A stretch of DNA of 32,000 nucleotides, from contig JAIZWK010000001.1 in the NCBI GenBank assembly GCA_021498095.1, positions 1,710,001 through 1,742,000 on the forward strand, read 5' to 3'. Shown here piece after piece: positions 24,240 through 32,000 of this stretch (positions within the stretch are counted from its first letter, which is position 1; every line of letters starts with the position of its first letter). Both the position numbers and the translations under genes were made by a program. The stretch is from Candidatus Harpocratesius repetitus. Its GTDB lineage: Archaea; Asgardarchaeota; Lokiarchaeia; Sigyniarchaeales; Promethearchaeaceae. A model generated the notes under the pieces. That model ran no database searches and was not told the origin of the DNA. It saw only the letters and a list, made by a program, of their open reading frames with translations.

Positions 24240-26180
24240 ATGGAACAATCGGGAATGTTAAAAACTAATCACTATGAGCATTGGATTTCATACCCGATTT
24301 TTTCTGATTTTACTCGATCATTTTCTCCAGAACAAATTTTTCTATCAATTTCTTTACGAATCTTATTATTAACAAAAGATCATCATACTTTAATTAAAAT
24401 TAATTTAAACAAAGAAATTTATGAAATTAAATGGTATGGAGCTGTGGTTTCAATATTTGGGAAGAATAATGAATTTCTATTTTTGATATACCATCATGAA
24501 GATTATTTTTATTTCCAAATCTCACCAACAATCACTCAATTATCACCATCTATACAATTATATAATGAATTAGTTTCCTTGCAAAATTGGACAATAAAAC
24601 AGTATTCTGATCATGAATATTTTGTATTAAAGCAAAATTCTACACAAATGAGTAATTTAATGAAAAATAAAGATTTAACAAAAATCATTTCCCGAATACA
24701 AGATCTTACGCAAATGATGAATGATATTCCTGTTTTTTCAGGATTTATAATTCCTAAAGTCTGGAAAGATCTTTGGATTCCTCCACATTTTGATAGGCAT
24801 CAAATTAACTATGTTTTTCCTAAGCAGTCTAAGAAAAATCTGCTTGGACAAACCCAGAATTTAGCTATTCGAAATTTCTTGGATCTTTCACTTTATGATC
24901 AAATATTATTCATGGATGATTTAATATGGTATCGACCTATCCAGACTCAATCCTTTTTTGAGAAATTTGTTTCTCATTTTTCACCTGTGATTAATTTTAA
25001 AACATCCGTATTTAATAATAAAGTAGAACGATCTACAGAAAAAATAAAACAATTGGTTGTTTCCCCACCAATTTGGTCACATTTTGCTTTAGATTATATT
25101 AAATACACCGGTTCTTCACATATTTTAAACATATTGTTTAAAAAGTTTAAGGCTCATTTAGATTGGTGGGAAAAAAATAGATTTTCTCAAAAATATGGTT
25201 TGTTTATATCGCATGGAAATGTAGAAATGTTAGAAATTGAAACAAAATGCTTCTTTTCTCCACGATTTCGTACGAAACTGCTATCTTCTTCAAATAAACT
25301 TCAAACTTTACCTGCCAATTTCGAAAAAGAAATGATTCTACCTGATATTAATGCCCAACTTTGCGATTTTTATCAAAATATGGGTGTTTTTTCACTACTT
25401 TTAGGAAACTCTGATTTTCAAAACTATTTTGATAAAGCAGAAGCCATACAACAGCATTATCAATTACTGTGGGATCAAAATACTTCATTTTACTATGATT
25501 TTGACTTAGAGACTAATTCTCTTCACAAATTGAAGACAAATGCAGGATTTTGGGCTTTATTTGGAGGATGTGTTTCCAAATCTCATCTTTCCTCATTAGT
25601 TTCCCATCTTTTCAATCCAAATGAGTTTTATTCTTCAATTCCCCTACCTCATATTTCATTTGATGAACAAGAACGTTTTTCTTTCCCATCATTTAACTAC
25701 AGTAATTTAGCCAATATTTATTGGTTAGTTCTTGGTTTAAAAAAATACAGTCTTGATCAAATTGCTGCAAAAATAACACTTCGCACACTTAAAACATTAA
25801 CACAAGTATATCAAACTCAGAAATGCATTCCAAGTTTTTGCACAATTTCAAATTCTGAAAGAAATGAAATGCAAATTAATGGTAATCGACCCATCTCATT
25901 TTCTCTTCTACAAAAAATGAATATATTGAATCCTTCTGCCTTACAATGGAAATTTTTCTATCATTCTCCTTTACCTCTTCATTCTCTCTACTATAAAAGT
26001 ATTTTGGGCGCTGAGATATTAGATGATATTATTTACTTCGTTCCAAATTGGGAAATCCTTGAAAATGACTTATCTTTTAGTTTTCATTATCGAGGGAAAC
26101 AAATCGATGGATATCTTTCAAAAAAGGCACAAAAAACTTTCGCTATTAACTCAGATCTTCAAATTCTTAAGAATTATTAG
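24240..26180 (+). CDS. GH63/MGH1/trehalase-like (alpha/alpha)6-barrel protein, apparently degenerate
   Basis: HLDWW, SPRF, DINAQL, LWDQNTSFYYDFD, GFWALFGG, LFNPNEFYSSIPLPHIS, YWLVLGLKKY follow the order of GH63/GH37-like barrel motifs; N-terminal ~200 aa unassigned. Confidence 0.65.
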   Translation: MEQSGMLKTNHYEHWISYPIFSDFTRSFSPEQIFLSISLRILLLTKDHHTLIKINLNKEIYEIKWYGAVVSIFGKNNEFLFLIYHHEDYFYFQISPTITQLSPSIQLYNELVSLQNWTIKQYSDHEYFVLKQNSTQMSNLMKNKDLTKIISRIQDLTQMMNDIPVFSGFIIPKVWKDLWIPPHFDRHQINYVFPKQSKKNLLGQTQNLAIRNFLDLSLYDQILFMDDLIWYRPIQTQSFFEKFVSHFSPVINFKTSVFNNKVERSTEKIKQLVVSPPIWSHFALDYIKYTGSSHILNILFKKFKAHLDWWEKNRFSQKYGLFISHGNVEMLEIETKCFFSPRFRTKLLSSSNKLQTLPANFEKEMILPDINAQLCDFYQNMGVFSLLLGNSDFQNYFDKAEAIQQHYQLLWDQNTSFYYDFDLETNSLHKLKTNAGFWALFGGCVSKSHLSSLVSHLFNPNEFYSSIPLPHISFDEQERFSFPSFNYSNLANIYWLVLGLKKYSLDQIAAKITLRTLKTLTQVYQTQKCIPSFCTISNSERNEMQINGNRPISFSLLQKMNILNPSALQWKFFYHSPLPLHSLYYKSILGAEILDDIIYFVPNWEILENDLSFSFHYRGKQIDGYLSKKAQKTFAINSDLQILKNY

Positions 26181-26209
26181 TTAAAAAGAAAAAGAATTGA
26201 ATTATATCT

Positions 26210-27190
26210 TTACATTCCAAAAGGAGTGGGTTTTGCCAATTGACGGAATTTCTCCAAAAAATTCTCCGTCATTTCATCCCATTTTGCTAACACTTCATCG
26301 ATTTTAGGGATCATCGACTCACGTTCTTTATACTCTAAATATTCTTTCATCAACCTAAAAACATTTATCATTGCATTCCCTTGATTTAAAACTTTTTCAA
26401 CTTCTACTGCTTGTGTCTCCACCAAAGATTCGATTCGAGCGGATTCACCCTTTCTAATCAAAGTCTGAATATAGCTGTGAGTTCCATCATACAATTCCTT
26501 CAATTTTTCTAAAGTGTTGTCGACATATTTCCGGTATTCAATTACAACACCTTCACCTCTTGGAAATGCCTTTGTTACCCAATTTACAAACTCTTGAGCA
26601 TTCCGAATAAACGCCTCATCAATCTCAAAATCCGTAAATTCAAATGGAACTTCATGAAATGATGCTTCTAAACCACTATTAGGATCATCCAATCGAAACA
26701 CCAAAAATCCTGTATCCAAAGTTAATTGCGTCATAGGATCGCCCCTTCTTGCAGGAACCTCAACTTGTTTCAATAATCTTTGAGGATTAAACACTAAAGC
26801 CACTGCTAAGGGATTATTAGTCTGCCATGCGAGTTGATTTTTCACATCATCTTGTGAAAGCATCAACTTTATTCCAGGATGCGAGTGGTACCATCCAACT
26901 ATATATTGTGGTGGGTCTTTTAAATAAAATTCACTTTCAATTGAAGCTGCCAGCGCATAATCTTCTTCATCGAACTCAACCTTTAAGATATGTCTTTGCT
27001 TCTTTGTATGAGTAAAAGGAATTGCCTCTGTAATGATTACATCGTCACCGTCGTTATATCCATATAACAACCCATATACTTCTGCCCATTCTTCTTCTGG
27101 AATTCGTAAATTCGCATAACGAGTCGTAGTTGCAATTATCGTCTTATATATTTCTAAATTTAATTTAACCACACCACGCGCTTGCATCAT
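26210..27190 (-). CDS. JAMM/MPN+ metalloprotease (Rpn11/CSN5-like) with C-terminal helical extension
   Basis: EVYGLLYG (catalytic Glu) and VGWYHSHPGIKLMLSQDD, an intact HxH-x7-S-x2-D motif; then NQLAWQ...AVALVFNP; about 120 aa helical tail. Confidence 0.9.
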   Translation of the reverse strand: MMQARGVVKLNLEIYKTIIATTTRYANLRIPEEEWAEVYGLLYGYNDGDDVIITEAIPFTHTKKQRHILKVEFDEEDYALAASIESEFYLKDPPQYIVGWYHSHPGIKLMLSQDDVKNQLAWQTNNPLAVALVFNPQRLLKQVEVPARRGDPMTQLTLDTGFLVFRLDDPNSGLEASFHEVPFEFTDFEIDEAFIRNAQEFVNWVTKAFPRGEGVVIEYRKYVDNTLEKLKELYDGTHSYIQTLIRKGESARIESLVETQAVEVEKVLNQGNAMINVFRLMKEYLEYKERESMIPKIDEVLAKWDEMTENFLEKFRQLAKPTPFGM

Positions 27191-27323
27191 AATGATCTAT
27201 ATCCATTTTCTTCGTTAAAGCATTTTTTATTTTTTATCATAAATTCATATTTTATCAAACTATTTTTATCTCAAATTAATAGACTTTATAAAGGTTTTTA
27301 AACTCTTTAAATATGGGTTTCTA

Positions 27324-27331
27324 TTTAAATA
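27324..27331 (+). promoter_or_regulatory. Candidate TATA box of tbp
   Basis: TTTAAATA 24-31 nt upstream of the tbp ATG, typical archaeal spacing for a short leader; an identical 10-mer lies at 27306-27315. The AT-rich background lowers specificity. Confidence 0.4.
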
Positions 27332-27354
27332 TGAAATAACCAAGGTGCTCTCTA

Positions 27355-27975
27355 ATGGCTAAAAAGAATAATGATGCTAAATTCTCTTATAAAATTGAAA
27401 ATGTGGTCGCCACTGTAACCGTTAAAATCTCCGAAAAAATGGATTTAAACGTCATCGCCCGAAAATATGCTGATGTCGAATACAATCCAGAACGATTCCC
27501 AGGCCTCGTCATGCGCATTGTAGACCCTAAAGCAACCATCCTCGTTTTCTCAACTGGAAAAATGGTCGTCACTGGTATGCGTAAAGCTGAAGAAGCAGAA
27601 GCTGTTGTTGATGACGTTATTAAAAGAATTCAAAAATGTAAAATTGATATCTCCGACCCCCAAATCACCATTCAGAATATTGTCGCAAGTGGCGATTTAA
27701 ACTGTATGATTGATTTAAATATGGCGGCAGTGGTAATGGAGTTTTCTATGTATGAACCCGAGGTATTCCCGGGGCTGATTTATCGGATGCAGGACCCTAA
27801 ATCTGTCTTCTTAATCTTTTCGACGGGTCGAATCGTCTGCACAGGTGCGAAGACGAAAGAATTAGTGGCAGAGGCAGTGGAAAAGCTGTATCATACGGTG
27901 CGTGAATATGATGTGGCGCGCGAGCCGGGTGACACTTTTGATTTCGAAGATGAAGAAGAGATGACATTTCTTTAA
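27355..27975 (+). CDS. tbp: TATA-box-binding protein
   Basis: Two TBP repeats: IENVVAT...YNPERFPGLVMRI.DPKATILVFSTGKMVVTG and IQNIVAS...YEPEVFPGLIYRM.DPKSVFLIFSTGRIVCTG; acidic archaeal tail DFEDEEE. Confidence 0.99.
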   Translation: MAKKNNDAKFSYKIENVVATVTVKISEKMDLNVIARKYADVEYNPERFPGLVMRIVDPKATILVFSTGKMVVTGMRKAEEAEAVVDDVIKRIQKCKIDISDPQITIQNIVASGDLNCMIDLNMAAVVMEFSMYEPEVFPGLIYRMQDPKSVFLIFSTGRIVCTGAKTKELVAEAVEKLYHTVREYDVAREPGDTFDFEDEEEMTFL

Positions 27976-28131
27976 AATCTGAATTGGTTGAATATTTCAA
28001 AAGAAAAAAATATTCTCTTACAGCAAATATCGACCCATATCTTCAATTTTTTCATTTTTTATTCATTTATCTTTATACTCTTTTATATAAAAATTGTATC
28101 TGAATCTATATATTTGTTTTATTCGTATTCT

Positions 28132-28854
28132 TTAAGTAATTCCGATTTCAATGTTTTGAACCCATTGCCATATGGTTGGTTCGATTAATACAAAAATTAT
28201 TGAACATACTAACGCTGTAAATAAAAATATCCAACCTAATTTTTTAAATTCTCTTGATTTCCCTTTAAAATCTTGAGTTTGAAAGATCGTTGAAAAAAGC
28301 GCGTGTCCAAACGTAATCCAACATCCAACTCCCATTAGACCTATTAAAACACTGATTATATATATTATTAGAGGTGAATTAAAAGTAACACTTAATTGAA
28401 CAAAGAATGGGAACCAACGATAGATTGAAAGTATAGCAAAATAAAAACCAATAAATGAAATTGCTGCGAAAGCGGCCCAAATTAACATAAAGTAGGTTGA
28501 AATAACACAAAACTGAGCTAAATTTTGTGCATTAGGTGAAAAACCTCCACTAAAATATGTAAAATAGTAGGAAAACCCACTAAGAAAGGGTGCCATAATA
28601 ATTAGTCCTTGATATGAACGAAGAAAATGAAGAATGGGTGGAGGGTTAAACTCTGAATATTTTGTATAAATTACAATTAATAAATGGAAAAGTAGAATAC
28701 CTGCAAACCCAAGCGGAGATAATCGATCTTTAAAAGCCAATAATAAAATTATTCCAGAAATTCCAATAGTTGTAATAAGCCCAAGATTCTCTGGTATATA
28801 ATGTGATTTTTTTTTTTTTTTATTAAGAGATGAAGGTAATTTAAGGGTCTGCAT
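28132..28854 (-). CDS. Hypothetical polytopic membrane protein
   Basis: 240 aa with about 6-7 hydrophobic segments; no family motif recognised. Confidence 0.7.
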   Translation of the reverse strand: MQTLKLPSSLNKKKKKSHYIPENLGLITTIGISGIILLLAFKDRLSPLGFAGILLFHLLIVIYTKYSEFNPPPILHFLRSYQGLIIMAPFLSGFSYYFTYFSGGFSPNAQNLAQFCVISTYFMLIWAAFAAISFIGFYFAILSIYRWFPFFVQLSVTFNSPLIIYIISVLIGLMGVGCWITFGHALFSTIFQTQDFKGKSREFKKLGWIFLFTALVCSIIFVLIEPTIWQWVQNIEIGIT

Positions 28855-29077
28855 GTTTCAATTAACAATGTTGAGGGCGGCTTAAAGAGTTTTATTCCAC
28901 AAGATCATATTAACATTTAGTGATCAAATCTAATCGAAAATCAAGAAAAAGTGTTCACTGAAGGATAAAAAAGAAATAGAATCAAATGAATTTAAGAAGA
29001 AATCAAAAAATAACGATTAGAATTATTCATATAATAAAATAAAAATAATTATATCTAAGTATATAAGGGGAAATTTC

Positions 29078-29641
29078 GTGAATAAAAAAGAATTACATCA
29101 AAGATATCGTAAACTTGCAGAAATTGCTGGGAGTCGCGTTATTTTAAGAAAAACAATAATTGCTCATTCCGAAGCTTTGTATCATCAAATTAAAAGTCCT
29201 GGAGTACTCGAAAATTTGACTATTGATATAGATGATTTTCATGAATTTCGACGATACATCTTGTTTATTGAAAATCAATGGCAGATGAACCAAGATTTTA
29301 CTTATACCATATTTATAAATCAAGATGAAATAATTGGTCAAATTTCTCTTTATAATATTGCTTTTTCAAATTTTCGTGGAGAAATTGGAATATGGTTGGG
29401 AAAATCAAATTGGGGGCAAGGATATGGAAAAGATGCCCTTCAAACTATTATCGCTTATGGATTTAAAGAGCTGCATCTGAATCGGCTTCAATCACATATA
29501 TTTGTTAATAATCTTCGTTCTATTCGCTTATTTGAGGGTGTTGGATTTAAACAAGAAGGTATTATTCGAGAATATGTGTGTAAAAATGCAGAATTTAAAG
29601 ATGTTTACTCTTATGGGTTATTAAAGCGAAATTACTTTTAG
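29078..29641 (+). CDS. GNAT N-acetyltransferase, RimJ/RimL family
   Basis: GTG start; IIGQISL, GEIGIWLGKSNWGQGYG (AcCoA-binding), LNRLQSHIFVNNLRSIRLFEGVGFKQEG. Confidence 0.92.
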   Translation: MNKKELHQRYRKLAEIAGSRVILRKTIIAHSEALYHQIKSPGVLENLTIDIDDFHEFRRYILFIENQWQMNQDFTYTIFINQDEIIGQISLYNIAFSNFRGEIGIWLGKSNWGQGYGKDALQTIIAYGFKELHLNRLQSHIFVNNLRSIRLFEGVGFKQEGIIREYVCKNAEFKDVYSYGLLKRNYF

Positions 29642-29795
29642 TTATTCCTTTATTCTCTAATCTTTCTTAAATTATTTCAATAATTTTTCTATAATTTTTA
29701 GAAAATATGATGAATTTTACAGATGTTTAAGATTTCTAAAGATTACTGAAGATTAATAATGATGAAATAATTATTCTAAATGGGTAATAATTCGA

Positions 29796-30488
29796 ATGAG
29801 ATTTGCAAAAGAAGGGTTTTTCTGGGTAGTACCTGCGTTAGCACTGGATATTGGCTGGCACATCATTTCTCTTCCAACAAAATATAATCCTTGGCTTTAT
29901 TTTTGGGTCATAACTTTTCCAACTACAGTGGGAATAATACTATTAGCTTCATTTTTTCGTGATCCAGAACGAGAACTTCCAGAGAATTTTAACCCAAAAA
30001 CTGATGTAGTTTGTCCTGCAGATGGAACTGTTGTATCCATAGAGCAAGTTAATGATTTACTCTCAATTTATATTGAAATGCACTATTATAATGTTCATGT
30101 TGTTCGATCGCCTTGTAATTTGATTGTGGATGAAGTAATTCGGCAAAAAGGTAAACATCATTTGGTTTATTTTGTTAAAACATCTACAAAGACAACCACA
30201 AAAGCAATATTGAAAAATGCTCGAACTATTGTAAAATTGAAGAATGAATCTGGAGAAAAAATTGATTATTATATGATCTGTGGTGCATTTTTCCGAAGAG
30301 CCAAACCTTATGTAAAAGCTGGTGATAAACTATCTGCTGGCGATCGGGTTGGCATGATTGTATTTGGAAGTACGTTAAAAATGGTTATTCCCTTTCACAA
30401 TCAGAGTTGTTGTGTAAAAGTAGGTGAAAAAGTTCGTGCAGGGAAGACTATATTATTTCAAAAAGAGGTTGATGTAAAAAATGGATGA
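29796..30488 (+). CDS. psd: Phosphatidylserine/archaetidylserine decarboxylase proenzyme
   Basis: N-terminal TM segments, FFRDPER, CPADG, VHVVRSP, and pyruvoyl self-cleavage site GMIVFGS. Confidence 0.9.
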   Translation: MRFAKEGFFWVVPALALDIGWHIISLPTKYNPWLYFWVITFPTTVGIILLASFFRDPERELPENFNPKTDVVCPADGTVVSIEQVNDLLSIYIEMHYYNVHVVRSPCNLIVDEVIRQKGKHHLVYFVKTSTKTTTKAILKNARTIVKLKNESGEKIDYYMICGAFFRRAKPYVKAGDKLSAGDRVGMIVFGSTLKMVIPFHNQSCCVKVGEKVRAGKTILFQKEVDVKNG

Positions 30489-31419
30489 TTCAGATGAAAG
30501 CGAAATAAGTGAAATGATCAATTCGTGGTTGGATGCGAATATGGAAGTTTTCGGTGAAATTTTAGAAGAGTGGGAAGAAAATAACTATGTTCAGCCCTTT
30601 TTGGATAGTAAAGTCAATTTTCAATGCAATGATTGCGGAAAATGCTGTAATTTTCACGACCACTGGGTATGGGTGTATCCTTATGATATGGTACGATGGT
30701 TACAAAAAATAGATGAAGAAGAAAAGATCCCACTATTTCTCAGTGCTTTGTTTCCTGTTGAGGATCTTGATGGAATTTCTGGGTATGGACTTCCTTCCCA
30801 AAGAGAAATTTCTGAACGCTATGATGAAATGATTCGCCAAAATAAAAAAAATCCTTTGGTTCAGAAAACACTTCGGGCAATACTTTCTTATTTACGGAAA
30901 ATCAACCCCCAATTTAATCCAAAATCGGAATTTTGCATCTATTATTCACCAAATCTCTCGGGTAAATCGGGACATTGTTTGATCTATCCATATCGGCCAA
31001 TACAATGTCGCTCCTATCCATATGATTATCCTCAATTTACTAAATTTGTAATTCCTGGCCTTGAAGAAAAGGAAAATACTCAAGATTCTCCTATGTGTCC
31101 TGAAGAAACTTATATTGGTGGGAGTTCCATAAATGGTGTTCAGATTTCAGAGGAACAGCTTGAAAATGTCATTATTGAAAAAGCGAATTATAAAACTTCT
31201 GCCGTAATTTATGACTGGAGTCAAGAATCGGAAGAATGGAATCAAATTAAAGAAACTGATTTATGTGATTTATTATTGCAGTATTTTCATAAAGATATCT
31301 TGGTGTTAAGCAGAGAAAAGCGGTTTTTTCAAGATGATTCACAAGAAAAAAATCAAAAAAAAAAAGATGCAAACAAGACTCATATTGCAGGGAAGCGACC
31401 TATTCGTAAAAAAAGGTGA
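30481..31419 (+). CDS. YkgJ family cysteine-cluster protein (putative Zn/Fe-S)
   Basis: CNDCGKCC, FCIY, CLIYPYRPIQCRSYP, MCP; overlaps psd by 8 nt. Confidence 0.88.
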   Translation: MDDSDESEISEMINSWLDANMEVFGEILEEWEENNYVQPFLDSKVNFQCNDCGKCCNFHDHWVWVYPYDMVRWLQKIDEEEKIPLFLSALFPVEDLDGISGYGLPSQREISERYDEMIRQNKKNPLVQKTLRAILSYLRKINPQFNPKSEFCIYYSPNLSGKSGHCLIYPYRPIQCRSYPYDYPQFTKFVIPGLEEKENTQDSPMCPEETYIGGSSINGVQISEEQLENVIIEKANYKTSAVIYDWSQESEEWNQIKETDLCDLLLQYFHKDILVLSREKRFFQDDSQEKNQKKKDANKTHIAGKRPIRKKR

Positions 31420-31425
31420 AAACAT

Positions 31426-31914
31426 ATGGCTGATAAATCGATTTTATCCGTAGTAGAGACCTTATCAAATCAATCTCTGGAAAAATATCAAAAATTAATC
31501 TATAATGCTGATTTTTGGCGTCCATTAATCCCTCTCAAAACTCCCGTTTTTCAAAAAACTTCAGAATTCACCTTTGAGTTTGAAATTGATGATGATATAA
31601 AGTTAGAACCTACAGGAAATTTAACCCGTCATTTTCATGCCAAAGGTAAGATTAATGTTGAAGATTGTGGTGTGCAAGATCATCGTGGTTCATTATGGAT
31701 TGTGCGGATATATTTAATAAATCCAGAGGTTCAAGTTGTTGCTCGAGTTCGTGCAAAAGATTTAACTGATAAAAAAGCGTTAAAAATTGGTATTTTTATC
31801 CTTTCCATTGATTATAACACAAGTATTAAAGAAAATATTGCTTTTGATGCAGTTCTTTTTGCTATACGCCTATACCTTCGGGAATTGATTCAAAAAGCCA
31901 GCTCGTTGCTTTAA
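31426..31914 (+). CDS. Hypothetical protein (alpha/beta; weak resemblance to SRPBCC/CoxG fold)
   Basis: 162 aa ORF, 6 nt after the ykgJ-like gene; helix, several strands and a long C-terminal helix. Confidence 0.6.
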   Translation: MADKSILSVVETLSNQSLEKYQKLIYNADFWRPLIPLKTPVFQKTSEFTFEFEIDDDIKLEPTGNLTRHFHAKGKINVEDCGVQDHRGSLWIVRIYLINPEVQVVARVRAKDLTDKKALKIGIFILSIDYNTSIKENIAFDAVLFAIRLYLRELIQKASSLL

Positions 31915-31928
31915 ACAATATTGAACCA

Positions 31929-31937
31929 TTTTTTTTT
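31929..31937 (+). terminator. Oligo-T tract (T9), candidate terminator of the psd operon
   Basis: T9 run 14 nt after the last stop codon on +. Confidence 0.4.
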
Positions 31938-32000
31938 AATAAGATCTAATATTATAAACACAAGGGTTATTATGGTTAAACTCAACTGGTTTCGAGGCAA

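Noticed and set aside
26210-27975. Higher-GC JAMM-tbp segment as a horizontally acquired island or contaminant
   Set aside because: Core archaeal genes, AT-rich intergenic spacer, and no integrase, tRNA or flanking repeats; expression-linked codon bias is a simpler explanation.
1058-29341. Short ORFs (61-122 aa) antisense to or out of frame within long genes, e.g. 1058..1255, 1498..1722, 2627..2839, 4300..4515, 9804..10112, 12510..12878, 17261..17551, 27387..27572, 27988..28188
   Set aside because: They overlap well-supported genes or AT-rich terminator regions, are F/L/I/S-biased as expected for shadow frames, and show no motifs.
1-32000. CRISPR arrays, tRNA/rRNA, IS elements, prophage genes
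   Set aside because: No regularly spaced repeats, no GC-rich structured intergenic islands (the longest gap is 457 nt and AT-rich), and no transposase, integrase or capsid motifs seen.

Overview
AT-rich, gene-dense archaeal chromosomal window, most consistent with an Asgard archaeon (Lokiarchaeia-like). The evidence is an archaeal TBP with an acidic tail, a divergent TFB paralogue, three Roadblock/LC7 domains, an Rpn11/CSN5-like JAMM protein and an archaeal-type Psd. About 28 CDS plus a truncated flavodoxin-like gene at the left edge. I saw no rRNA, tRNA, CRISPR array, transposase or integrase. Main blocks: (i) smc directly followed by scpB with no kleisin (scpA) in the window; (ii) a 7.5 kb block with two AAA+/VWA modules (MoxR-like ATPase plus HExxH-VWA partner; fused ChlI/ChlD-like protein) around a YbjN-like protein and a membrane-anchored FKBP-like protein with Ca-binding-type loops; (iii) pyrG with an insertion in its synthetase loop; (iv) a 15.8-26.2 kb stretch rich in proteins with altered catalytic residues (receiver D>E, PLD fold without HKD, alpha/beta hydrolase S>D, degenerate sialidase-like and GH63-like proteins, TFB lacking the B-reader motif); (v) a JAMM gene head-to-head with tbp, where tbp switches sharply from C-ending to G-ending codons; (vi) a psd-ykgJ-hypothetical operon. 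All family calls come from motif recognition by eye; no database searches were run.
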